32,583 nt of DNA from Acidiphilium sp. CAG:727 (GTDB lineage: Bacteria; Bacillota; Clostridia; Christensenellales; Borkfalkiaceae). Shown in pieces: positions 1 through 8,139 of this stretch. The stretch is taken from NCBI GenBank assembly GCA_000437515.1, contig FR898416.1, forward strand, positions 1 through 32,583, written 5' to 3'. The notes under the pieces were generated by a model that saw only the letters and a program-made list of their open reading frames with translations, was not told the DNA's origin and searched no databases. Position 1 is the first letter of the stretch; every line of letters starts with the position of its first letter. The position numbers and the translations under genes are program-made.

Positions 1-61
1 AGGTTCGTATTATTCTTGTCTGGCATACCTGATCTGAAAAGATAAATCGCAAAATATAACG

Positions 62-93
62 AAAAAAGCACGAGATTCGACGTAATCTCGTGC
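62..93 (-). terminator. Rho-independent terminator after the lipoprotein gene
   Basis: Inverted repeat gcacgagatt (68-77) / aatctcgtgc (84-93) with a 6-nt loop. On the minus strand it is followed by a T-run (A-run 62-67 on +). It lies just downstream of the stop at 122. Confidence 0.7.
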
Positions 94-121
94 TTTTACG
101 TTTCTTAAATTTTTCGCATAC

Positions 122-745
122 TTATCTCATTTTATAATAATTCTTATAGATCCCGTTATGCGTAGAATCGGCGCTTTCGATGAACAGTTTGAATTTGCAT
201 CCGTCGGAATCCGTATCGGATTCATAGCGGATTTCAAAAATCCAGACCGAACCTTTTACGAAGTAGCCGTTATCCAAGGCTTTATTTCTTACGTAATAGA
301 ACTTATATAACTTGCTCGGATTATCGCCGAAATAGTCGGATAAATCATTCTTTTGTTCTATGATATACCAATTTTCGTTCGTGCCCATGCTGTATTTTTC
401 GTTTCTCGGTGTACCGAACATGCCGTCATAATGCGTTTTCAAGTACGAAAAATACGTTTCCGCATTCGCTTGGAAAGTAGCCTCGTCCGGACAAATTTGC
501 GAGAACGAATATCCGTCGTTATACCAGGCGTCGCTTGAATTGATCTTTCCCGACAACCCCGACGGAGCGGGCAGACCCGCAAGCCCTTTTGCCGACAGTT
601 CTTCTTCGGTAAACCATTTCGCGCCGTCGTGGAGCGGCTTCTGAGTTTCTTCTCCGCCGCGGTTATTTTTGCAAGCAGCCGATCCGATGCAGGTTATCGC
701 TAACAACGCCGCGCAAATAATCGTAGATAATTTTTTTCCGAACAT
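122..745 (-). CDS. Putative secreted protein or lipoprotein, function unknown
   Basis: ORF 122..817 trimmed to the internal ATG at 745, which has GGAGG 11 nt upstream (cctcc 757-761 on +). The N-terminus MFGKKLSTIICAALLAITCIGSAAC is a signal peptide ending in a Cys-containing, non-canonical lipobox-like motif. I recognise no family. Confidence 0.6.
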   Translation of the reverse strand: MFGKKLSTIICAALLAITCIGSAACKNNRGGEETQKPLHDGAKWFTEEELSAKGLAGLPAPSGLSGKINSSDAWYNDGYSFSQICPDEATFQANAETYFSYLKTHYDGMFGTPRNEKYSMGTNENWYIIEQKNDLSDYFGDNPSKLYKFYYVRNKALDNGYFVKGSVWIFEIRYESDTDSDGCKFKLFIESADSTHNGIYKNYYKMR

Positions 746-975
746 AATTTTTATAACCTCCGTAACACGGTATTCTTTTGATTGACTTATTATATACCGT
801 TTAATTGCGTTTTGCAAGCATTTTGCAGAGATACGATATAACTCAACGTAAAATTCGTATTAGCGTCTGCCACGGACTTTTACGGATTTTCAACGCTTTT
901 TACGAAAAATCGGCGGAAGTTATCAATAACCCCCCGCCGAACATCGGTTTTTTTTAATTATAACAGACTCCTCTT

Positions 976-2037
976 TTACGGCTTATCCGCTATATCCGTA
1001 AAATAACCCGGATTCTCCGTCCCTCCGTCGATACGGGCGTAAGATTTGTCAGTATGCCCGTCGTCGTAAGAAGTACCTTTCCCTCCCGTAAGTTTTTTGC
1101 ATTGCAAAAACATATTACCGGAAATGGACGCGTTATCCGTATTCCATCCGCTGCCGACGTATACGGAAGCGAGTCTGCCGCAATTAAAGAACATGTGGCT
1201 CATATCCGTAACGCTTCCGGTATTCCAACCGGAAAGGTCTAGCGAGGTAAGATTACCGCACTCGTAAAACATACAAAACATATTAGTAACGGCGGCGGTA
1301 TTCCACGAAGAAACGTCTATCGTCTCAAGTTTTTTGCAACCGCGAAACATACAATACATATTGCTAACTTTGCCGGTGTCCCACGAAGAAAGATCAAGCG
1401 ACGTAAGGCTGCCGCAACCGTAGAACATACTGTTCATATTGGTAACGCCTGCGGTGTTCCACTTTGAAAGGTCAAGCGTCGTCAAAGAAGAACAACCGTG
1501 GAACAAAAACTCCATATCCTCGACGTTTTTGGTATTCCACGAGGTAACGTTTTTTACCTCCGCCAACTTGTCGCAACCGCGAAACATACCGCGCATAGTG
1601 GTAACCATTCCAGTTTCGAAGTTTGAAAAATCGACGGACGTCAGTTCCTTAAGTCCGAAAAACGTTTGAAAGGAATCCGGATTGGCGTAAATTTTTCGGT
1701 TTGAAAGAATATACGCTTTCGTTCCCTTAACGTACAGTTTTATTTTACCCGTTTTTTTCAGGTCGACGTTTGTCGGCTCGATTCCGACGATTTCGCTCTC
1801 GTAATCGTCCGTTTTCCCGAATACGACTTCCGTCACGGAAGTACCCAAAGTATTTCTGAGTTGCAAACCCGGCATAAGCGTGTCTACGCTCGTTAAGTTC
1901 AAAGTAAGATTCCCCACCGGCTTTTCTATCACGTATTTACTCATAGTGAACGCAACGGAAAGAAGAGAAGTTACCAGAAACATAAAAAGTAACGCGATTA
2001 TACTTTTACGTCGGATATTTTTCGTAAAATTTTTCAT
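976..2037 (-). CDS. Surface protein with DUF285 / BspA-like 26-residue repeats and an N-terminal signal anchor
   Basis: At least 6 tandem ~25-26 aa repeats of the form LDLSxWNTxxVTNMxxMFxxCxxLTS, typical of DUF285 / bacterial surface protein 26-residue repeat. C-terminus is ...DGGTENPGYFT. Start moved to ATG 2037, preceded by GGAGAAGG. The N-terminal basic plus hydrophobic segment ends AFTMSKYV. Confidence 0.8.
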   Translation of the reverse strand: MKNFTKNIRRKSIIALLFMFLVTSLLSVAFTMSKYVIEKPVGNLTLNLTSVDTLMPGLQLRNTLGTSVTEVVFGKTDDYESEIVGIEPTNVDLKKTGKIKLYVKGTKAYILSNRKIYANPDSFQTFFGLKELTSVDFSNFETGMVTTMRGMFRGCDKLAEVKNVTSWNTKNVEDMEFLFHGCSSLTTLDLSKWNTAGVTNMNSMFYGCGSLTSLDLSSWDTGKVSNMYCMFRGCKKLETIDVSSWNTAAVTNMFCMFYECGNLTSLDLSGWNTGSVTDMSHMFFNCGRLASVYVGSGWNTDNASISGNMFLQCKKLTGGKGTSYDDGHTDKSYARIDGGTENPGYFTDIADKP

Positions 2038-2054
2038 ATACCTTCTCCGCCTAT

Positions 2055-2591
2055 TTAACAAACTTGCTCGGCGCGAACCGAAACGCCCGTATTCGTGAAA
2101 ACGTAATCCCGCAACAGGATGCTTTCGTCAACTACGGAAAAAACCAAAGTATGATCGTAAGTTTGAGATTTTCCCGCCGTAAAACGCCCCACGTCCGCAA
2201 TCGTAACCGTTTTTCCGTCCGCCGAAACCGTACCGCTCTTTCCGTCCACGGTTACCGAAACGCCGTTCGGCAACGCTTGGGGAAAGGTCACTATCACGTC
2301 GTATTTGAACGCTAATTCCGCCGTTTTCCCCTCTTTCGTATTCGTAACCGTAAAGTTATACGAGGCGGTCGTGATTCCCCGTTCGCAGTCAATCGTCAGA
2401 TTATCGGAAGAACTCCCCCGTAAATCTATAATCAGAACCGAAACCTGCGCGTTGTCGCCGCCTCTTGACGAGGAAAGATTTTTAGCAAAAGAAACGCCGC
2501 TCGCCGCAACGAGAAGAGTTACGAAAAGGATAACGAGCGCAAAAACCGATCTTGCGCCGTTTCCTCTTTTCATTCCTCCGTTTCTTAACAT
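2055..2591 (-). CDS. Small secreted protein, possibly a TasA/camelysin-like beta-sandwich with a SipW-type signal
   Basis: ATG 2591 has GGAGG 6 nt upstream (cctcc 2598-2602 on +). The signal anchor is KRGNGARSVFALVILFVTLLVAASGVSFAKNLSSS. The mature part is beta-rich and ends ...VSVRAEQVC. It is co-directional and closely spaced with its neighbours. Confidence 0.55.
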   Translation of the reverse strand: MLRNGGMKRGNGARSVFALVILFVTLLVAASGVSFAKNLSSSRGGDNAQVSVLIIDLRGSSSDNLTIDCERGITTASYNFTVTNTKEGKTAELAFKYDVIVTFPQALPNGVSVTVDGKSGTVSADGKTVTIADVGRFTAGKSQTYDHTLVFSVVDESILLRDYVFTNTGVSVRAEQVC

Positions 2592-2736
2592 CTTCGTCCT
2601 CCGTCAGCGGTTCGGTTCCCCGGGATTGCCCGACGGAATTTCCGACTGATCCGCTAAAAAATACTTTACTTACTTTCTTATCCGCAGAGGTCGCTTTTTC
2701 CGCGCGACCGAACGGTTTGCTTTATACCTCGCCCGT

Positions 2737-3513
2737 TTACAGAGCGTATTGCGTCACCTGCATATCAAGGTCAAAATCGATTTCCGTGCAGACGTCTTTT
2801 ATCGTCCAGTCGCCGTAAGCGGCGTAACTCGCGTCGTCTGCGCGACGGCCGAGAATCGTGTCGAGTTCGTTAACGGTTATACCGGTAAAGGTTCCCTTCC
2901 CCTCAAACGCCCACGCCCAGACGAGTTCGTAAGTCGTTTCGGCTAATACCTCGCCTGCTTCTTTTACGCTGAGAACGGGGTCGGAATGGAAAGTCAAGGC
3001 AACCTCCATAAGAGTCGTGTTTTCCGCGCCGGTTACGACGACGCCGTTCTTTTTAAGCGTCCATTTAACGGGTTGATATACTATCTCTTCCCCGCCGGCT
3101 TTCTGCAGTTTAAGTACTACGTCCTTTTTCGGGTGTATCCCCATTGCAATCAACGCTTTCACTTCGGCGCGTCCTTTGATCTTAAAGGTCATAGACCCGG
3201 TCGTTCCGGGCGCAATTACGTTATAGTCGCCGCTTGCTTTTACGGTAAGACCGGCAGTATCTGCGGTCGCTTTGCTTACCACGCCGTCGAACTTATAGTT
3301 TTTGCCGAAAAGGTTACTGCCGTCTGCCTCTAAGGTATAACCCCATTTGGCAACCTGCGCTATGCCTTTATCGCTGCTGCTCGTTACGTACTTTGACAAA
3401 GTGTATCCGCCAAAGCACAAAATCGCGATTAATGCAAATAATAATACTGCTATAACCGCCGTTTTCCCGTTATTCTTCCTTTTTGTTTTCTGTTGTGTCA
3501 TCTTCGGCACCAT
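2737..3513 (-). CDS. Secreted protein, TasA/camelysin-like candidate major subunit with a SipW-type signal
   Basis: The N-terminus KTKRKNNGKTAVIAVLLFALIAILCFGGYTLSKYVTSSS resembles SipW-cognate signals (GGTxAYFTD). Internal NVIAPGTTGSMTFKIKG and the C-terminal ...DMQVTQYAL resemble TasA-type exported proteins. The start is uncertain (ATG 3513 or 3501, no clear SD for either). Confidence 0.55.
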   Translation of the reverse strand: MVPKMTQQKTKRKNNGKTAVIAVLLFALIAILCFGGYTLSKYVTSSSDKGIAQVAKWGYTLEADGSNLFGKNYKFDGVVSKATADTAGLTVKASGDYNVIAPGTTGSMTFKIKGRAEVKALIAMGIHPKKDVVLKLQKAGGEEIVYQPVKWTLKKNGVVVTGAENTTLMEVALTFHSDPVLSVKEAGEVLAETTYELVWAWAFEGKGTFTGITVNELDTILGRRADDASYAAYGDWTIKDVCTEIDFDLDMQVTQYAL

Positions 3514-3612
3514 CCATAAAAAAATTTTCTTATTTCAAACGGCTCGCGGCCTGTTTGCTCCTTTTTCGCCCGTCAACTCCGTTCAGGTTGCGTTACCGGA
3601 AATTTTCGGAAA

Positions 3613-3659
3613 TAAAAAAGGTTGCAACCTAGTATCCGTAACGATACTATATTGCAACC
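3613..3659 (-). terminator. Intrinsic terminator forming the riboswitch expression platform
   Basis: Minus-strand hairpin GGTTGCAA-tat-AGTATC-gttacg-GATACT-agg-TTGCAACC (3659 down to 3620), followed by TTTTTTATTT (A-run 3614-3619 on +). It lies ~100 nt upstream of the 2737..3513 CDS. Confidence 0.75.
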
Positions 3660-3834
3660 GGGCGTACTCTTTTTACCAAACCCAAACTCGCCCGCGGTCT
3701 TCGCAGGACGACGCGTAGTTTGTAATAAAGTTCCTTGGCTTTGCGTCACCGCCTCACGACGGTTTTGCCGACAAGTATTCGATTGTCCCGAAAGAGAATT
3801 TACAAGCGATTCGTACCGCTTCTCCCATTTCAGC
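3613..3834 (-). promoter_or_regulatory. c-di-GMP-I (GEMM-I) riboswitch leader: aptamer plus terminator
   Basis: The minus-strand RNA reads ...GUCGGCAAAACC GUC-GUGA-GGC GGUGACGCAAAGCCAAGG... It shows the GEMM-I hallmarks: GGCAAAnCC, a hairpin capped by a GNRA loop (GUGA), then GACGCAAAGCC (ggctttgcgtc 3737-3747 and ggttttgcc 3761-3769 on +). A second helix follows (CAAACU...AGUUUG). The element lies between a consensus promoter and a terminator. Confidence 0.72.
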
Positions 3835-3840
3835 ATTTTC

Positions 3841-3869
3841 ATTATACACTCGTCAAAACTCCTTGTCAA
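3841..3869 (-). promoter_or_regulatory. Consensus sigma-A promoter driving the riboswitch leader
   Basis: The minus strand reads TTGACA (3869-3864), a 17-nt spacer aggagttttgacgagtg, then TATAAT (3846-3841). Both hexamers are perfect. Confidence 0.8.
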
Positions 3870-4096
3870 GCATTTTTGAGAATATAAAAAATTATTCGTA
3901 CAGATACTTTTGTGTTCCGAGAAAGTCGGAACGGGCAACACTTACAATTTATACGTAAACAAGGCGCTGCGGTATATCAAACAAAACTTCAACCGCGACA
4001 TATCAACCGAAAACGAAATCTACCGCGAAACCGTATTCAAGCCCAAATAAAGGTCTGCGCTTATTCCTTTTTACGGTTTTATCGCCCGTTATTCTT

Positions 4097-4125
4097 TTGA
4101 CTTAAACGCGGATAAATGCTAATAT
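4097..4125 (+). promoter_or_regulatory. Sigma-A promoter of yigZ; the transcript may be leaderless
   Basis: TTGACT (4097-4102), 17-nt spacer, TAATAT (4120-4125). The ATG at 4132 lies 6 nt after the -10 box and has no SD. Confidence 0.6.
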
Positions 4126-4131
4126 ATCTCT

Positions 4132-4752
4132 ATGGATTCTTTTTACTCGGAAATCAAAGCAGAGGCGACTGACGAAACGATAATCGAACGTTCGAAGTTT
4201 ATCTGCCTTATAAAAAAAGTCGAAACCGAAGAAGAAGCCCGCGAAGTTTTGTCGGTCGTCAAAAAAAATCACCCGTTCGCCACGCACAATTGCTACGCTT
4301 TCATTCTGCGAAGCGGCGCGGCGAGATTTTCCGACGACGGAGAACCGCAGGGTACGGCGGGGCAACCTATGCTTGAAGCACTCAAAAACAACGGCTTATA
4401 CAACGTCATAGCCGTGGTTACGAGATATTTCGGCGGGATAAAACTCGGCGCAGGCGGTCTGGTAAGAGCCTATTCGGGCGCGGTATCGTCCGCAATAAGG
4501 CTTGCGGGCAAAATCGATTTCTACCCGTCTGACGTTTACGGAATTTCGTTTAACTACGATGCGTATTCCCACTTTCTGAAATTTACGCAAAACAACCCGA
4601 TAACCGTGCTGTCAACCGATTTTAGACAAAACGTACAGGTTAAAATCGCCGTTAAAAAGCCGAGCGGAAAAACCGTTGCCGCTATTAACGATTTACTTAT
4701 CGGTAAAGCCGAAATCGACAAAATCTCGGAAGGATATTACGCCTATGAATAA
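4132..4752 (+). CDS. yigZ: YigZ / IMPACT family (UPF0029) protein
   Basis: Contains ...IIERSKFICLIKKV..., HNCYAF, FSDDGEPQGTAGQPML and VVTRYFGGIKLGAGGLVRAYS, which are hallmark YigZ/IMPACT N-domain motifs. Confidence 0.88.
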   Translation: MDSFYSEIKAEATDETIIERSKFICLIKKVETEEEAREVLSVVKKNHPFATHNCYAFILRSGAARFSDDGEPQGTAGQPMLEALKNNGLYNVIAVVTRYFGGIKLGAGGLVRAYSGAVSSAIRLAGKIDFYPSDVYGISFNYDAYSHFLKFTQNNPITVLSTDFRQNVQVKIAVKKPSGKTVAAINDLLIGKAEIDKISEGYYAYE

Positions 4753-5368
4753 GATAACGGACATAAAACCGCAGGTGAAAAATCCGACGAGGTGCAGTAT
4801 CTATCTCGATAACGCCTTTTATTGCGGACTCGAACTCGAAACCGTAATGCGTTACCGACTTAAAATCGGAACGGAAATAGAAAAAGAGAAGTTGGACGAG
4901 ATACAAGCCGACAGCGAAAAATCGCGCGCTTTCGACAAAGCGTTGAATTTTATTTCACGCTCCAAAAAGACCGAGAAACAAGTGCGCGACTATCTTACGA
5001 CCAAAGGTTACCTGGACAAGACGATAGACGGGGTTATCGAAAAAATGGCTTCGTATTCGTTTATCGACGACGCGGACTATTCCGCCGACTACGCGAAAAG
5101 CGTTTCAAAAAACAAGGGCAAAAGACTGATCGCCATGGAATTGAAACGAAAGGGCGTATCCGACGAAGATATGTCGGCTGCTCTCGACAATTTAGGCGAC
5201 GAATTGCCTTCCGCCGTCGCCGTCGCCGAAAAATATTCCAAAAACAAAGAAAAAACACGCGAAAACTCGCTCAGATGTTATAAATTTTTACTGTCGAAAG
5301 GATTTTCGTACGATACCTCAAAAGAAGCGGTAGATAAGATATTTCAAAATGAAGACGATAATTTTTGA
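4745..5368 (+). CDS. recX: Recombination regulator RecX
   Basis: ORF 4676..5368 trimmed to ATG 4745, which overlaps the yigZ stop (ATGAATAA). MNKITDIKPQVKNPTRCSIYLDNAFYCGLELETVMRYRLKIG plus repeated helical modules (YLTTKGY, ELKRKGV, FLLSKGF) are typical of RecX. Confidence 0.8.
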   Translation: MNKITDIKPQVKNPTRCSIYLDNAFYCGLELETVMRYRLKIGTEIEKEKLDEIQADSEKSRAFDKALNFISRSKKTEKQVRDYLTTKGYLDKTIDGVIEKMASYSFIDDADYSADYAKSVSKNKGKRLIAMELKRKGVSDEDMSAALDNLGDELPSAVAVAEKYSKNKEKTRENSLRCYKFLLSKGFSYDTSKEAVDKIFQNEDDNF

Positions 5369-6035
5369 CGAAGTGGCGTCCACGAACGACGAACTTAAAA
5401 AACTTAAAGACCCTGCCGAAGACGTGCTTATGATCGCCCGCAGACAAAGCGGCGGCAGAGGCCGCAGCGGCGGCAGAGGCAGCAAGGGGCGTTCGTTCTC
5501 TTGCGAAAAGGGCGGCGCGTATCTCTCGCTTTTGCGGCTATACCCCTGCAAGGCGGAAGAGAGTTTTTCGATAATGATAACGGCAGCCGTGGCGGTAGTA
5601 AGAACTCTCGCGGCGTTCGACGTAACCGCCACGATAAAGTGGCCCAACGATATTTTCGTAGGCGATAAAAAAATTTGCGGAATTTTAATAGAGAACGTTT
5701 TCGAGGGCGATACGGTCGCCAGATCTATCGTCGGCATCGGCGTAAATCTTAACAACCCCCTGCCCGCGGAATTGAAAAACACCGCGACTTCGGTTTACGA
5801 AATAACGGGGCGTAAGGCGGATATTGACACGTTCGTGGCAACTCTCGCGTATAATTTATACCAAAAGTACACGATTGACGAATACAGGCAGTCGCTGGGA
5901 ATTCTGGGTAAAAAAATCAAAATCATACGCGGCGACGAAGCCTTTGACGGTGTCGCGAAAGACGTATTGCCGAACGGCAATTTACTTTTGGAAAGCGGCG
6001 AAATTCTGTCCGCCGCCGAAATTACCGTGAGATAA
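5349..6035 (+). CDS. birA: Biotin--[acetyl-CoA-carboxylase] ligase (group I BirA, no HTH)
   Basis: Has FDEVASTNDELK, a GRGRxGRxW-type loop (here GGRGRSGGRGSKGRSF), and KWPNDIFVGDKKICGILIE. It overlaps the recX end by 20 nt. Confidence 0.85.
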   Translation: MKTIIFDEVASTNDELKKLKDPAEDVLMIARRQSGGRGRSGGRGSKGRSFSCEKGGAYLSLLRLYPCKAEESFSIMITAAVAVVRTLAAFDVTATIKWPNDIFVGDKKICGILIENVFEGDTVARSIVGIGVNLNNPLPAELKNTATSVYEITGRKADIDTFVATLAYNLYQKYTIDEYRQSLGILGKKIKIIRGDEAFDGVAKDVLPNGNLLLESGEILSAAEITVR

Positions 6036-6155
6036 AGTTTTTACGTAAAACGATTGTAATTTTAAGAGATTTATGATAAAATATTATCGGTGGAGGTTTT
6101 TTCCGCCGATATTTCTTTATCGTCGGGGTATAATATCCCGATAAAGGAGCAAAAA

Positions 6156-6671
6156 ATGAAAAAGAATCTTTCCAAAATGCTCAAAGCCGCTTTGATAGCG
6201 GCGGCCGCCGGGACCGTTTTTTTTATTATTGTGGCGCCTGCCGTAATCGTTTTTTCGATAGTCGGCTTACTGCTCGCAGTTTTCAACGTGGTGAACGCCG
6301 AACCGTGGAAACTTTGTCTTCTGATACTCATTTTCGGGCTTGCGCTCATATTTCTCGTGTATGGCGTAGTCGTTAAAGGCGGATACGAAACCGCCGTAGC
6401 GTTGATGCTTGCCATGATAGGCGCGACTATTCTGCTTATCCCCGTAATCAAGTGGTGGGTAATTCTCGTAGACGTGTTGTTCCTTGCGCTCGCCGTCGTC
6501 GTGCTTATGATTATGAAGTCGGATAAACTCATCGTAAAGCGCGCCGAAGACGACCCGAACTACAAGACTTACGACGACGTAAGACAAGAAAAACTCGAAA
6601 AACAAATCAAAGAAGAATCCGAACCTCTTCCCGAACTTAAAAATTACAACAAAGACGATAAATCGATTTAA
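6156..6671 (+). CDS. Integral membrane protein with ~4 TM helices and a charged C-terminal tail; function unknown
   Basis: ORF 6090..6671 trimmed to ATG 6156, preceded by AAAGGAG. It has several hydrophobic helices followed by a KE-rich tail. Confidence 0.6.
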   Translation: MKKNLSKMLKAALIAAAAGTVFFIIVAPAVIVFSIVGLLLAVFNVVNAEPWKLCLLILIFGLALIFLVYGVVVKGGYETAVALMLAMIGATILLIPVIKWWVILVDVLFLALAVVVLMIMKSDKLIVKRAEDDPNYKTYDDVRQEKLEKQIKEESEPLPELKNYNKDDKSI

Positions 6672-6690
6672 GTATAATTCAAGGCAAAAT

Positions 6691-8136
6691 ATGCAGAAAA
6701 GAAATTTAACTCTTTTGACCGATTTATACGAACTCACGATGATGAACGGCTATTATCTTAAAGGCAAAAAAGACCAGATAGCCGTTTTCGACGTGTTTTT
6801 CAGACAAAACGAATTAATAACGTATTCGCTGTCGGCGGGGCTCGAACAAGCCGTAGACTACGTACTCGGCATCAACTTCGACGACGAAGAAATCGAATAC
6901 CTCCGTTCGCTCGGCATTTTTGACGACGGCTTTTTAGAGTATCTGAAAACCCTTAAATTCACGGGCGATATATACGCCGTTCCCGAAGGAACGGTCGTTT
7001 TCCCGGGAGAGCCGATATTCACCGTAAAAGCGCCCGTCATTCAGGCGCAACTTATCGAAGCCGCCGTCCTTAACATAATCAATCATCAGACCCTTATAGC
7101 GACGAAGGCGGCTAAAATAACCGCCGCAGCCAAGGGCGACAACGTTATGGAGTTCGGGCTTCGCCGCGCGCAGGGTCCCGACGCCGGTATATACGGCGCA
7201 AGGGCGGCGATTATAGGCGGATGTTCGTCGACGTCAAACGTCCTTGCGGGCAAGGAATTCGGCGTTAAAGTTGCCGGTACGCACGCCCACAGTTGGGTTA
7301 TGGACTTCCCGTCCGAATACGAAGCCTTCCGCGCTTACGCGGACGTATACCCCGACGCCACCCTGCTTCTGGTAGACACTTACGATACCTTAAAAAGCGG
7401 TATTCCCAACGCGATAAAGGTCTTTGACGAACTCAGGGCGAAAGGCAAAAAACCGCTCGGAATACGTATAGATTCGGGCGATCTGGCATACGCTACGAAG
7501 ATGGCGAGAAAAATGCTCGACGACGCCGGTTATCCCGACGCGATTATCTGCGCTTCCGGCGACCTGGACGAAAGACTCGTTCAGAGCCTTAAACAACAGG
7601 GCGCGAAAATAAACAGTTGGGGCATAGGCACAAAACTCATAACGAGCGCGGATATGCCTTCTCTCGGAGGAGTTTACAAACTCGCGGCGGTCGAAAAAGA
7701 CGGCAAACTTATTCCCAAGATCAAAGTTTCCGACAACACGGCAAAGATAACCAACCCCGGCTTCAAGACGGTTTACCGGATATACGACGGGGCTACGGGT
7801 AAAGCCGAAGCCGACCTGATCGCGCTTCGCGACGAAAAAATCGACTTTACGAAACCCCTTACCGTCTATCACCCGACCGAACGCTGGAAGTCTACGACTT
7901 TCACCGATTATACCGTTCGCGAACTACCCGTAAAAGTGGTCGAAAACGGAAAATCGGTTTACGACTTCCCAAAACTCGCCGATATATCGGCTTACGCCAA
8001 AAAAGACGTAGATACTTTCTGGGACGAATACAAACGTCTGGATCAGCCGCATATTTTCAAAGTCGATTTGTCGGACGGACTTTACGCCCTTAAATCGGAT
8101 ATGTTAAAGCGAGTAAGAAACGGAGAAATTCTTTAA
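6691..8136 (+). CDS. pncB: Nicotinate phosphoribosyltransferase
   Basis: The N-terminal LLTDLYELTMMNGY, AGTHAHSWVM and IRIDSGDL motifs are characteristic of NAPRTase, at a typical ~480 aa length. Confidence 0.9.
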   Translation: MQKRNLTLLTDLYELTMMNGYYLKGKKDQIAVFDVFFRQNELITYSLSAGLEQAVDYVLGINFDDEEIEYLRSLGIFDDGFLEYLKTLKFTGDIYAVPEGTVVFPGEPIFTVKAPVIQAQLIEAAVLNIINHQTLIATKAAKITAAAKGDNVMEFGLRRAQGPDAGIYGARAAIIGGCSSTSNVLAGKEFGVKVAGTHAHSWVMDFPSEYEAFRAYADVYPDATLLLVDTYDTLKSGIPNAIKVFDELRAKGKKPLGIRIDSGDLAYATKMARKMLDDAGYPDAIICASGDLDERLVQSLKQQGAKINSWGIGTKLITSADMPSLGGVYKLAAVEKDGKLIPKIKVSDNTAKITNPGFKTVYRIYDGATGKAEADLIALRDEKIDFTKPLTVYHPTERWKSTTFTDYTVRELPVKVVENGKSVYDFPKLADISAYAKKDVDTFWDEYKRLDQPHIFKVDLSDGLYALKSDMLKRVRNGEIL

Positions 8137-8139
8137 TCT

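Noticed and set aside
1100-1640. ~75-78-nt periodic DNA repeats
   Set aside because: They are fully explained by the 25-26-aa DUF285 protein repeats of the CDS 976..2037, so they are not an independent DNA-level repeat element.
3573-3941. 122-aa minus-strand ORF, and overlapping plus-strand ORFs 3347..3718, 3622..3879 and 3912..4100
   Set aside because: The minus-strand ORF runs across the promoter, the GEMM-I aptamer signature and straight through the terminator hairpin. It has no SD and no recognisable protein features. The region is better explained as a regulatory RNA leader.
6040-6135. Hairpin atcggtggagg-tttttt-ccgccgat after birA as a terminator, with a TATAAT at 6128-6133
   Set aside because: The stem is short and includes a wobble pair, the T-run sits in the loop rather than after the stem, and there is no convincing -35 box. 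This is too weak to annotate.
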